Positions 18,393-27,702 of a stretch of DNA of 55,607 bases are shown here, piece after piece (the stretch's first letter is position 1; each line of letters starts with the position of its first letter). Position numbers and translations under genes: made by a program. The notes under the pieces were generated by a model, which did not search any database, was not told the DNA's origin, and worked only from the letters and a program-made list of their open reading frames with translations. The stretch comes from Polyangiaceae bacterium. GTDB taxonomy: Bacteria; Myxococcota_A; Polyangia; Polyangiales; Polyangiaceae. The stretch spans positions 1 through 55,607 of the forward strand of contig JANRKO010000048.1 of NCBI GenBank assembly GCA_033763455.1, read 5' to 3'.

Positions 18393-19823
18393 CTACTGAC
18401 AAGTCCCCGCGCTACAAACCGTGCCGCCACTGGCGACGCAATCTTCAGCGAATGAGCACGCCCCAGCGTTAGCCGGCGCACAGCTGATCGCCACGCTGGA
18501 TGCCTCCTGCGCGCAGTTGCCACAGCTCAGCTCATTGCCTTGGGCATCGTAATCACAGCCAGCCAACGGCGCTGCGCCCAACTGGCAAGGATCGCCTACT
18601 GTACCAAGCGTGAAGCTCCCGTCGGCTGCCGTTTCGGTAAACAACGCACTGTCGACAATGCTCCCGTTAGGGCATTCCGCCGCGTAGCCGTCGCAAATCG
18701 TGAATACTGAGTTGTTTTCTGTATCCTCGACCTGCGTGCAGCTTTCCACCGCATTGTCACTGTCGATATTCTCCGTCCAAGTAAAAGAATTGCTGCCAGC
18801 GTAGTTAGCCTGATGAGTTACCGAAATGTAAATATTCACGCCATGAACCGTGAGGTTCACGTCCGGCTGATCGAACGGGATCACGGTGGGGGTGGAGGAA
18901 ACAGGATGGTCGATCCCTTTGGCCACCAGAGGTGAAGGCGTGAGGGGGATACTCAGAGCCGCTTCGCAAGTGCCCTCGTTGCAGATGTTTGGAGAGGTGC
19001 AATCGACGTCGTCCAAGCACTGCGTGCCAACTGCCGGCGAGCAAACGATATCTTCGCCGCCCCGGCCAACGGCGCAGACGCCACAGGACAGCTCTACGTC
19101 GTGCTCGTCATAGTCACACCCCAGCAAATCAGCACCCGAACCGCACAAATTCGTGCCTGCTGTGGCCACCGAATAGCTTCCATCGGGTGCCAGCTGAACG
19201 AAAAGGATCGCGTCGGGAATTGCTGTGTTGTCCTCACACGTCGTAGCAAACCCAGTGCACGTGAGAAACGTATAGCCCGTTTCAGCGTCATCAACCTCAG
19301 TGCAGGACTCCATATCGCCGTCACCGTCGACATCGGCGGACCACGTCCAGGTCTCGTCGCCAGTGTCGCCCGCGCCCTCTACGGTCGAAATGTTGATGAT
19401 GGTCGTGTTGTTAACGACAACCGTTACGTTCGTGACGGGAGCCGCAGCAACAGCCGAAACGGGCTTCGTTGTGGCAGTCTTTCCCGTCATCGCGAGGATC
19501 TTTTTGGGTTTGCCCGTGCCTCCTGCACCACCGGTGCCAGGAGAGCCACCCGTCGTCAGCGCACCGCCGGAGCTTGTTGCCCCACCCGCGCTGGAGGTTC
19601 CGCCGGCGGCAGGCACACCGCCTGTGCTCGACATTCCGCCAGCGCTATGAGCACCGCCAACGGTCGAGGTGCCACCTGTGCTTGGCGCGCCGCCGGTAGT
19701 TGTTGTGCCACCCGCGCTTTGTGTGCCGCCGGTGCCCGGCGTTGCGGGCGGGGATGAACTGCCTGATGAACATGCAAAAACGACCAGTACGAATAGTGAT
19801 GACAGTAAGAGCTTCGAATACAT
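18393..19823 (-). CDS. Cys-rich lipoprotein with Gly/Thr/Ser linker and two tandem Cys/Asp-rich domains
   Basis: MYSKLLLSSLFVLVVFAC lipobox with AAGAGGAAG RBS; (T/A)GG linker; two roughly 95-aa repeats TW..D.D.D...ESCT.V.D.E...GCDYD...ELSCG.C. Confidence 0.85.
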   Translation of the reverse strand: MYSKLLLSSLFVLVVFACSSGSSSPPATPGTGGTQSAGGTTTTGGAPSTGGTSTVGGAHSAGGMSSTGGVPAAGGTSSAGGATSSGGALTTGGSPGTGGAGGTGKPKKILAMTGKTATTKPVSAVAAAPVTNVTVVVNNTTIINISTVEGAGDTGDETWTWSADVDGDGDMESCTEVDDAETGYTFLTCTGFATTCEDNTAIPDAILFVQLAPDGSYSVATAGTNLCGSGADLLGCDYDEHDVELSCGVCAVGRGGEDIVCSPAVGTQCLDDVDCTSPNICNEGTCEAALSIPLTPSPLVAKGIDHPVSSTPTVIPFDQPDVNLTVHGVNIYISVTHQANYAGSNSFTWTENIDSDNAVESCTQVEDTENNSVFTICDGYAAECPNGSIVDSALFTETAADGSFTLGTVGDPCQLGAAPLAGCDYDAQGNELSCGNCAQEASSVAISCAPANAGACSFAEDCVASGGTVCSAGTCQ

Positions 19824-20132
19824 TTTTGGCTTCCTCTTAGATTCTTGAATCGACGCGACACTTAGTTCTTCGCCCGTCCTGTGCTGGGTCGGGCTCCACC
19901 GCGTGGAGAAAATCCGCACCTGGCTCCGCTCGCACGTGTTCGCACATGCGACATTCCGCATGACCGCGAGCAACACCGTGCAGCTGGGTGGCACCATGAC
20001 CGCGCAAGCGCTCGGACCAGTTCAAGCGGATATCTGCACCACTAAACTGGCGGGATCGTCCCGAGCCACCCAGCCGTGCGGCTTCGATGGCGCTGATAAT
20101 TCGCTGGGGCCTGAGCATTTTCGGAATCTTAC

Positions 20133-20175
20133 ACGTACCCAGAGTACGTTTCAATAGCACGTACTATCAGTTCAT
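20133..20175. promoter_or_regulatory. Tandem operator-like palindromes upstream of the XRE gene
   Basis: Perfect ACGTAC-N5-GTACGT (20133-20149) and degenerate ACGTAC-N5-GTTCAT (20159-20175). Confidence 0.5.
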
Positions 20176-20210
20176 CGCTAGCCGGCCTTTTCGCGGCTTT
20201 TCTGGCGAGG

Positions 20211-20567
20211 ATGAACCCCGCCGAGAAAAGGGTGGCAGCCAAAATCGGCACCGCCATACGCGCCCAGCGCACCCAGCGCCGCTGGTCCCAAGCCCTGCTT
20301 GCCGAGCACATAGGGACCAGTGTGGAACTCGTGTCATTCCTGGAACGGGGTGAACGGATGCCCTCGGTCGCAACACTGATCCGACTTGCCTCGGCCTTAG
20401 AGGTACCGATCGCTACGCTTTTCGGGGAACAGGAACATCTCGTCGAAAAACGTGACCCCGCCGTTGCGTTGCTTCAAGCCTTACCAGAGTCAGCTCGGCC
20501 ACTCGTTATCGGCATGCTCCGCGGGGCGCTCGCGGTTTACCGAACGAAGAAGAAGGGGTCGCCTTAG
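20211..20567 (+). CDS. XRE-family HTH transcriptional regulator
   Basis: IRAQRTQRRWSQALLAEHIGTSVELVSFLERGERMPSVATLIRLASALEVPIATLF. Confidence 0.9.
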   Translation: MNPAEKRVAAKIGTAIRAQRTQRRWSQALLAEHIGTSVELVSFLERGERMPSVATLIRLASALEVPIATLFGEQEHLVEKRDPAVALLQALPESARPLVIGMLRGALAVYRTKKKGSP

Positions 20568-20841
20568 GTCAAGGCTACCGGCTAGGCCCTATGGGCCGCT
20601 ATCCGAGGGGCCCTCCGCAGATCCGACCTGACCACAAGGCCGTATTCGCGAGTAGTTAGGATTCACGCAACTGGCAACGGCTCATAGCTACGCAATTCCG
20701 ATCGCGCGTGGCCCGGAGCGAGGGGGAGCCAGCCCCGTGAACTGGTGGCTTGACGCTCTGGCAACGACATGTAAACGTCCTGGGTTTGCAGGCAATCTGG
20801 CACCGATTAGGCAGGCGACCTGCACTTGCACAGGGTGAATC

Positions 20842-21957
20842 ATGCGCTGGAATCTCGTTGGTGCGTTGCTGCTAGTCGCCAGCACAAGTTCAGGCTGTGG
20901 AACAGCCGCAGCAGTAAGGCCAGAGCTCGTATCTGGCGCCAGCGGCCCGCTGGTTGCACGACCTAGCGCGCAGCTGCTTGACGATGGGCTGAGCCCATTC
21001 GTCGTGGGTTGGGAGGCGTCACAGCTAGCGGATTTCCAGGCACAACTCTCTCTCGGGCAAATCGTAATCGTCCACTTCGACCGTGGCTTGTTGGTGCCGC
21101 TTAAGAGGTGCTCGACCGAGGGTACCTATTTCCATCAGAACGTTGCTGTCCAGACAGGAGTGACGTCGGACCGCGACCGTTCGAGCGTCGGAGCGGGGGC
21201 CTTAGGTTTTGGAACACAGGTTGCCAGCGAGCGCACAATCGCCTTCAAGTATGCAATATCGGGCAAGCTGGGCACCAATCGCGAGTTTGTGCGACGCTCA
21301 GAGTTGAGAGGCTACTACTGCGATGGGGCGACTCACTTTGTGAAGGGCGCGATGACCGGTGCATTCGAACGCAACGGTACGGCCCAGGGGTCCCTCGGTG
21401 CGACGGGCGACGTGGCTCCCCTGCACGTTGCCGGAGAAAGTCGGAGCGAACGGAACGAGAGTGCCCAAGGAGGGATCCTGTCTGCTTGCCTGCAACGTCA
21501 AAACTCGGCGCTGGTTGGCTACGGCAACATGGATCCGAGTGCCAGTGATGGGTGCAATTCACTCATTCGGCTGGAGCTTCAGCCAATCGACCCTTCCGTA
21601 ACTGCCACCGTCAGCCTTGTTGGGTTCCGCGTGAGCGACGATTTGGACGCTTTTAGCCTCCCTGACATGAAGTTCCGCTTTGAAACGGACAGAGGCAGGA
21701 CAATCCCAACTGAAACATTTCCAGATCAATCAACGTGGCAGGGTTCCATCCCCGTAGGGGCGTTCGAAGTTGTTGAACACACATTCCTGACCGTCCAGGC
21801 AATCGATGATGACGATCTTGAGGATGACGCAGTGGGGGTGGCCCGACTGAACTCGCTTGAGCTATCCAGGGGCGGCTCGATCGAAAAACTGCTGCTCGCA
21901 GATGGACAACAAGTTGGTGAAGTCACTTTCCAGATCGATCTGCAATATGGGCCCTAG
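20842..21957 (+). CDS. Lipoprotein with putative MACPF-like domain and C-terminal Ca2+-binding C2 domain
   Basis: Signal peptide ending SSGC; GATHF-x6-GA, later QGG and LIRLELQPI (MACPF-like); C2 pattern DLDAFSLPD...TETFPDQSTW...LTVQAIDDDDLEDDAVG. Confidence 0.6.
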   Translation: MRWNLVGALLLVASTSSGCGTAAAVRPELVSGASGPLVARPSAQLLDDGLSPFVVGWEASQLADFQAQLSLGQIVIVHFDRGLLVPLKRCSTEGTYFHQNVAVQTGVTSDRDRSSVGAGALGFGTQVASERTIAFKYAISGKLGTNREFVRRSELRGYYCDGATHFVKGAMTGAFERNGTAQGSLGATGDVAPLHVAGESRSERNESAQGGILSACLQRQNSALVGYGNMDPSASDGCNSLIRLELQPIDPSVTATVSLVGFRVSDDLDAFSLPDMKFRFETDRGRTIPTETFPDQSTWQGSIPVGAFEVVEHTFLTVQAIDDDDLEDDAVGVARLNSLELSRGGSIEKLLLADGQQVGEVTFQIDLQYGP

Positions 21958-21989
21958 CATCGTATTACCCAAGCCAGCGGAAGGAACTT

Positions 21990-22457
21990 ATGACTGAGTC
22001 AGCAAGTATGAAGTTGTTCCCGGACGAACGGATCTTGCTTGAAGCCAATTCCGGGTTACTCAAGCTAACTACTCATCGAGTACGTTTTGAACATCAAAGA
22101 TCCGGAGATTCGGTGGTGATCGGGATCACACTCGACGCGGTGGCCTCATGCGGGCTTGTAACTACCACCTACCCGATCTTGCTGCTCCTCGCTCTACTCG
22201 CAGCGATAGGCGGACTTGCGAGCTCCAGCCACGACTCCGGCGCCATGCTCTGGCTTTTCCTTGCCGCTTGCTTACTGGTGCTGGCCTATTTCCTATCGAG
22301 AAAAGTAGTGCTCCGGATATCGTCCGCCGGCGACGACATCATTGTCGGAGTGCAACGGGTTGGGAGGGCTCCGCTCCTGGAGTTCATCGACGCGTTGGAG
22401 CAGGCAAAGGTCCAGCGGCTGGAGAACTCGGCGGCTGCGCGACGCCAGGCAACCTAG
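21990..22457 (+). CDS. Small 2-TM membrane protein (PH-like beta core interrupted by a TM hairpin)
   Basis: DERILLE...LKLTTHRV...ITLDAV beta pattern and two TM helices; GAAGGA RBS; 32 bp after the previous gene. Confidence 0.7.
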   Translation: MTESASMKLFPDERILLEANSGLLKLTTHRVRFEHQRSGDSVVIGITLDAVASCGLVTTTYPILLLLALLAAIGGLASSSHDSGAMLWLFLAACLLVLAYFLSRKVVLRISSAGDDIIVGVQRVGRAPLLEFIDALEQAKVQRLENSAAARRQAT

Positions 22458-22622
22458 TGCTTGCACACATGCGCCTCGACGGCGCCAAGCGATCCCGCAA
22501 GGCACCACCTACGTCCCCCCCAGCTTCAAGCCACAACAGACGTGCACGGGAACAGCCCTTGCGCCGCAAACATCGCAATGCTTGTGGCGTAAGGGCTGTG
22601 ACCAGCCTCCTACGGCTTCAAG

Positions 22623-22952
22623 TTACCACCAGCGCCTAAACTTCCCGTTATAGCGCCGATAGCGTTCGACACGCGGATCCCAAGATGAGATTTGTCTGAG
22701 GAACAACGACGCGCCGACACCGATCGCCGCTGCGAACCCCAGGCTTATCATGTGGCCCGCAGTATTCGGCCGGACGGGCACCTGCGTCCGCGGTGGAGGT
22801 TGCGGCACACGGCTTGCCGTAGCTGGGGTCCACGTGGGGGCAGCAAGCTCGTCCCCTCCCGAGGGTGTATCCAAGCTCCGAGCAAGCGCGACCCAGTAGT
22901 CGGCCTCGTTGGGTAATGCTTCTGCTGGCTTTGATTTGATCATGGTGGTCAT
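22623..22952 (-). CDS. Hypothetical single-TM protein with basic/aromatic C-terminus
   Basis: ATG 22952 with AAGGAAG RBS; hydrophobic segment followed by WDPRVERYRRYNGKFRRWW. Confidence 0.55.
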   Translation of the reverse strand: MTTMIKSKPAEALPNEADYWVALARSLDTPSGGDELAAPTWTPATASRVPQPPPRTQVPVRPNTAGHMISLGFAAAIGVGASLFLRQISSWDPRVERYRRYNGKFRRWW

Positions 22953-23096
22953 TCCAATTTCTTCCTTTCTGTTTGCAAGACTCCTGAATCCAGGAGGGAA
23001 CACGGGTGAGGGCATCAAGCGGCGGCCTAAATCTCAGGGGCGCGACCAAGGGCGTCCGCAGATCCGAACGAGCCGAATGCGCAGACCAGGGGCCAC

Positions 23097-23409
23097 CTAC
23101 GCAGGCTCCCTATCGTGACAAATAGGGGCCGCTGAGGGTTTGCTGATGAACGCCTCAAGCTGCGTTTCGGTAACTCGTATCGAGTTAGCCACCCTCGCGT
23201 GCCCAAGCTCACCTCGCTGGCAAAGTGCGTAGACGGTCGCCGTGGACACGCGCAACCGGGCGGCCACCTCGCGTACTGTAAGCAATCTCCCCCTTGCAGC
23301 CTGCAGCACGGGTGCAGCAAACGGGTGGCTAATCCCTGCTAAACCCTGGAGCCTTTGGACTCGGACGCTAGCCCCAACCTGAGCGTTTCCGGCAACTTGC
23401 AACTCTTTA
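23097..23409 (-). CDS. Excisionase-like HTH_17 domain (orphaned C-terminal tail, copy A)
   Basis: LLTVREVAARLRVSTATVYALCQRGELGHARVANSIRV; frame stays open through the att repeat; homologous to 33523-33823. Confidence 0.75.
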
Positions 23410-23483
23410 CTAACCCCTGCTGATGGGTAGGTGCTTCCTCCGAAGCCGAAGGTCAGTGGTTCGAATCCACTCGGGCGCGCTGA
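23410..23483 (+). repeat. att direct repeat 1, containing the 3' half of tRNA-Arg(CCG) at 23438-23480
   Basis: 72/74 identical to 33824-33897; CTCCGAA loop, GCCGA, AGGTC, T-arm AGTGG-TTCGAAT-CCACT, acceptor strand CGGGCGC-G; no D-arm or 5' half. Confidence 0.9.
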
Positions 23484-23501
23484 AAAATCACGGCGGGGCT
23501 G

Positions 23502-24203
23502 CTACAGGGGGAGCTCCGTGCACGCCCTACCCCGCTCTGCCAGCCATCGCTTCCGCCGCTCGTAGTCCGGCATTGCTCGCTCCACCCGTGCCCAGAACTT
23601 AGGAGTGTGATGCGCCTCCAGCATATGCACTAGCTCGTGCACGACGACGTATTCGATGATCGGAGGCGGCAGAAGTACGGCACGCCAATGGAAGAACAGA
23701 CGCCCACCTTTGCCGCACGAGCCCCAGCGGTAGCCTAGGTCCTGCACGTTCACCGCCGTAGGTTCTACGCCGACGCGACGCTGGAAGCGCCCAACCCGAT
23801 TCTCCAGCCATGGCTGCCCGCGCTCAGAATACCAGCGGACCATGTGGGCGCCACCCTCCTTGGCGGCCGAACGGAGCATCTTGAACCGGCCGCGCTCTAG
23901 CTTTACCGGCACCTCTTGCGCGTCAACGAGGACGAGCCGGTAGCTGCGGCCGAGGTAAGAGAAACCTTCGCCGCTAACGAATTGTCTCTTCGGTGCCGCA
24001 GGCCCGAGGGCGTCTTTCTCGGCGAGCTTTGTATAAATCCAGAAGCGCTTCTCCCGGACAAACTTTTCCATCACGCGAATCGAGCAGCTCTCGGGTGCCG
24101 AGAGGAGCAGTTCGCCGCCGCGGTCGACGGTTATCTGCACTGACTGCCTGCGCGCACTACGACGCACCTCGAAGCTCAAATCCCCAACTGTGAGCTGGTT
24201 CAC
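23502..24203 (-). CDS. M48/YgjP (DUF45) metallopeptidase associated with type I R-M
   Basis: RWGSC, YVVVHELVH...HHTPKFW; GTGA overlap with hsdR. Confidence 0.92.
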   Translation of the reverse strand: MNQLTVGDLSFEVRRSARRQSVQITVDRGGELLLSAPESCSIRVMEKFVREKRFWIYTKLAEKDALGPAAPKRQFVSGEGFSYLGRSYRLVLVDAQEVPVKLERGRFKMLRSAAKEGGAHMVRWYSERGQPWLENRVGRFQRRVGVEPTAVNVQDLGYRWGSCGKGGRLFFHWRAVLLPPPIIEYVVVHELVHMLEAHHTPKFWARVERAMPDYERRKRWLAERGRACTELPL

Positions 24204-27200
24204 GTACCCCTCGTCAGCCGCTCGTGATTCGCCTTGGCGAGGTCCATCAACCGATCAGCCACAGCATCGGCGTTGTCAAAGTCGACAACGTTGTTGTCGT
24301 CGAGAAACATAAAGAGTTTGCCGCGCAGCTCTTCTTGCCTGGTGGCGCTCTTCCAGAATCCAACGTTGCTGACCTCATCACGGATGAGGCGGTCAACCAT
24401 GTCAAGGGTCAGGCTCGCCAGCCATTGCTGGTCTTTCTGGCCCACCGGCGAGGTCTTGCCGCGCTCTTGTTTCAGGATGTCGAAGAACGGGGAGTGGATC
24501 TGCGGATCGAGCCCGGGGACGCCTTCGTCTAGCGTGCGACCCTTCTTTACCTCCTCAACGAACGCCTGGAGCGCGAGCGCGAGTTGCTCCCAGCTGTCGC
24601 CAAACTTGCTCAAGATCTCTTCGAGCCGCTCGGAGAGCTTCTGGTAATGCACCGGATCTTCATCGAGCTTCTTCTTGATGTGGTGCCGGATAGCGTGTTC
24701 CATCTCGGACGCTTTTGCGCGGTTCGAAACTTGGCGGCCGACTTGTTCGGCGAACTTGGCATCCGTGATGGCAATGGGGGGGATGCGCGGATCGATACCG
24801 AGCGAGATGATGTGCTCATCGATGAGCGCCTGCACCTTGCGGCCGACACTCTTGTCGAGCTGGGGCAGACCCTCACGGTAGCGGTTTCGTGCTCGCGCGT
24901 AGATCTCTCCGAGTCGTTCGGCATCGCGCACGAACGGCAGGGCTTCAGGGCGAGGCAGCACGAGATCCAGTGTCGCGAGGAACTGCTTCAATTTCACGGT
25001 AAATTCGGCTCGGAGGCGCTCGTCGCGCAGCGCTTCGATGGCTGCCTCGGCATCACCCATTACCTCAATGCTGCGAGACTCGAATAAACTCATCACGCGC
25101 GTATGCCGGTCGCGGAGCTTCGGGATCTCGTCGGCAAGGCTTTGCAGCGCTCCTTCGATATCTTCGGCGGTATACGCGGTGAGGGCTTCCTTTAGGTGCT
25201 TAGCGATGCCGTAGTAATCCACGACAATGCCAGCCGTCTTCCCGTGGCCGGTTCGGTTCACCCGCGCGATGGCCTGAAGCAGCTCGGCCTCTCGGATGGG
25301 GCGGTCGAGGTACATCACACCTTCGATGGGCGCATCGAAGCCGGTGAGAAGCATCGATTTGACGATTAGAAACGCGAGCGGGTCGCACTTCTCGGGATCC
25401 TTGTGCTCAAACGGCCGCTTGAAGCGGGCGATGCGGCTCTCCATCTTGGTGGCATCGCTCCACTCGCTCCACTCGGGCGGATCGTTGTTGTCAGGCGAAA
25501 TAATGGCCGCAAATTCAAGCGCGCGAAGGCGGTCAAGTTGGCGTGCGGCACGAACAGCGGCACGCAGCTTCTTCGGTTTTCCGTAAAGCTCCAGATCGTC
25601 AAGCTTGCGTGTGTCCGCATCGAGGTTTTCGGCCTCGCTCACGCGTGTATCTCTCGCGGCGGTCAAGGCCGCCTGGTAGCGCACGGCGGCCCGCCTGCTG
25701 ATCGCGACGAGCTGCGCCTTCAGCCCATTGGGCAAGATATTCTCGACATAGTGGCGGAGCATGTCGCTCGCCTTGTCGGCGATAACCTCTTCGGCTTCGA
25801 GGATGGCATGGAGCGTGCCATGCTTGCGTTTGAGGGCCTCGCGCTCCTCCACGCTCATCTCCGGGAACATCTCCGCCAGCTCATCGTCGAGCCCGGCGGC
25901 GTTGGACACGGCGCCTTTCGCATAACGACCCTCGTAAAGAATCGGCACGGTGGCGCCATCGGCCTCCGACTCCTTGAGGGTGTAGCGGTCGATGAACTCG
26001 CCAAAGATGTCATGTGTGCGCTTCTTGTCACCCATGATGATCGGCGTGCCGGTGAAGCCAATGCGCGCGCAGTTCGGCAGCGCCTGAAGCAGTGCCGCGT
26101 GGAGCGCACTCCCGTGGCTGCGGTGCGCTTCGTCAACCATCACCAGGATCGCTTCGTCGTCGTTCAGAAGGCCAATATCGCGCAATTCGTCGTCGGGCCC
26201 GAGCTTCTCCAGATCGCGATCAACGTACTTCTGGATGGTCGCAAACACGATCTCGGGCCCAGGCTTCGCAAGAAGCTTCTTCACGTCGCGGATGCTCTTG
26301 CCAACGTTCACCGTCTCGCCGATGAGCCCTGCCGTCTCGGAGAGTTGCCGCTGCAGATCTTTGCGGTCGGTGACGATGACGGTCTTGAACTTCCGCAGCT
26401 CAGCCACCGAGCGCATTTTCCGCACTAGGAACACCATGGTGAGGCTCTTGCCCGAGCCCTGCGTGTGCCAGACGATCCCACCACGCCGGTCGTGCTCACC
26501 GTCTTGCTTCCTCGTTTTGCCGGTGCGCAACCGCTCGACGGCGTAGTGAACAGCGCGGAACTGCTGATAGCGACAAACCACCTTCACGGTGCGGCTGTTG
26601 ACCTGCTGGTAAATCGTGAAGTGGCGAATGATGTCGAGCAGGTGCTCCGGCCGCAGCATGCCCGCAATCAGCTTGTTTTGGCTGGAAAGTGTCGGTTTGT
26701 TCAGCTCGACCTGGACATCGGCAAGCGGGACGGGCGCGGTATCTTTCCACTCCAGGTAGTGCACCGCATCCGCCCCGATAGTGCCAACCCTAGCCTCGTC
26801 GTAGCTCGTCGCGATCACAAATTGGTTGGTGTAGAAAAGCCGCTCTGCGCCTTCGTTCTCATCGACCTCACCCGCGTCCTTGCGGGCGTTGTGGTAACGC
26901 CGAAGCTGGTCAATCGCGCTTGCCAGTGGCTCGGAGATAGTCGGGCTCTTGCACTCCACGACGACCAAGGGGATGCCATTGATGAACAGCGCGATATCGG
27001 GGCGTATCGAGCCCTTCGACATGCCACCATGGCAATCGACCTTGAACTGATTCACAGCCGTGAACATGTTCTGCTCGGGGTGGTTCCAGTCGATGAAGTG
27101 AACGGTCTTGTCGCGGCCTTGGTCCCAGCCGGGTAATCCCTCGACGGTGACACCATCGAGCAGGAGTTTCGTCGCTTCTTGGTTCGCCTCCATCAGGCGC

Positions 27201-27451
27201 GCGTGGCCGATGCGTTCGAGTGCGCCGATGGCTTGCGCAACGCGGGGGGCGTCAAGCCAGGGTTTGCCGTCGCGCAGGTTGATGCGCATGAGCGCCTGCG
27301 CGAGGTCGTCCTTAATGAGCACTTCGCGGAAGTTCTCGCGCCCCGTCACCGTGGGGTTATCGACACTGCCAATGACGATCTTCCAACCCATCGAAGCGAG
27401 CTGGTCGAGGAAGGGATTCTCGACGTAATCGAACTCGGGGCCGCCGCTCAT
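24200..27451 (-). CDS. hsdR: Type I restriction endonuclease subunit R
   Basis: RPDIALFINGIPLVVVECK, QLRRY, HTQGSGKS, DEAHRS, FTGTP, MLLTGFDAP and QAIARVNR motifs. Confidence 0.97.
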   Translation of the reverse strand: MSGGPEFDYVENPFLDQLASMGWKIVIGSVDNPTVTGRENFREVLIKDDLAQALMRINLRDGKPWLDAPRVAQAIGALERIGHARLMEANQEATKLLLDGVTVEGLPGWDQGRDKTVHFIDWNHPEQNMFTAVNQFKVDCHGGMSKGSIRPDIALFINGIPLVVVECKSPTISEPLASAIDQLRRYHNARKDAGEVDENEGAERLFYTNQFVIATSYDEARVGTIGADAVHYLEWKDTAPVPLADVQVELNKPTLSSQNKLIAGMLRPEHLLDIIRHFTIYQQVNSRTVKVVCRYQQFRAVHYAVERLRTGKTRKQDGEHDRRGGIVWHTQGSGKSLTMVFLVRKMRSVAELRKFKTVIVTDRKDLQRQLSETAGLIGETVNVGKSIRDVKKLLAKPGPEIVFATIQKYVDRDLEKLGPDDELRDIGLLNDDEAILVMVDEAHRSHGSALHAALLQALPNCARIGFTGTPIIMGDKKRTHDIFGEFIDRYTLKESEADGATVPILYEGRYAKGAVSNAAGLDDELAEMFPEMSVEEREALKRKHGTLHAILEAEEVIADKASDMLRHYVENILPNGLKAQLVAISRRAAVRYQAALTAARDTRVSEAENLDADTRKLDDLELYGKPKKLRAAVRAARQLDRLRALEFAAIISPDNNDPPEWSEWSDATKMESRIARFKRPFEHKDPEKCDPLAFLIVKSMLLTGFDAPIEGVMYLDRPIREAELLQAIARVNRTGHGKTAGIVVDYYGIAKHLKEALTAYTAEDIEGALQSLADEIPKLRDRHTRVMSLFESRSIEVMGDAEAAIEALRDERLRAEFTVKLKQFLATLDLVLPRPEALPFVRDAERLGEIYARARNRYREGLPQLDKSVGRKVQALIDEHIISLGIDPRIPPIAITDAKFAEQVGRQVSNRAKASEMEHAIRHHIKKKLDEDPVHYQKLSERLEEILSKFGDSWEQLALALQAFVEEVKKGRTLDEGVPGLDPQIHSPFFDILKQERGKTSPVGQKDQQWLASLTLDMVDRLIRDEVSNVGFWKSATRQEELRGKLFMFLDDNNVVDFDNADAVADRLMDLAKANHERLTRGT

Positions 27452-27702
27452 GGTGCGCCCCGGGTGCGTTGGTTTGCGACGTGGGCCTCGATCGGCCCTT
27501 TCGAGGCACTTTGGTTAGAGGCTTTGGTTAGAGCTTTGGTTAGAGCTTTGGTTAGCGTGGCGGCCGGGTGGCCGCTGCTCCAATGAACGGATTCTATGCG
27601 CGCGCTCATAGAGTTCGAGGGATAGAAAGTCCGCGAAATAATTGCCATTCCCTGCGACACAAGCCCTCTATGGCCGGGTTCTATGAACGGTCTATGGCTC
27701 AC
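27448..27702 (-). CDS. Short bridging ORF (84 aa), possible gene remnant
   Basis: 4-nt overlaps at both ends (GTGA, ATGA); contains a 12-bp tandem repeat. Confidence 0.35.
   Translation of the reverse strand: MSHRPFIEPGHRGLVSQGMAIISRTFYPSNSMSARIESVHWSSGHPAATLTKALTKALTKASNQSASKGPIEAHVANQRTRGAP
27509..27555. repeat. 12-bp tandem repeat GCTTTGGTTAGA, about 4 copies
   Basis: Units start at 27521, 27533 and 27545, with an offset copy at 27509. Confidence 0.9.

Noticed and set aside
19837..20160. Minus-strand ORF between the lipoprotein gene and the XRE operator
   Set aside because: Position is plausible, but there is no recognisable motif or clear RBS, so it is not supportable as a gene.
20614..23067. 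13-bp repeat TCCGCAGATCCGA at 20614 and 23055
   Set aside because: Matches of this length are expected by chance in 55 kb of GC-rich DNA, and there is no supporting structure.
23410..23483. Intact tRNA gene (also at 33824-33897)
   Set aside because: Only the anticodon loop to acceptor 3' strand is present; upstream bases cannot form the D-arm or the 5' acceptor and anticodon strands.
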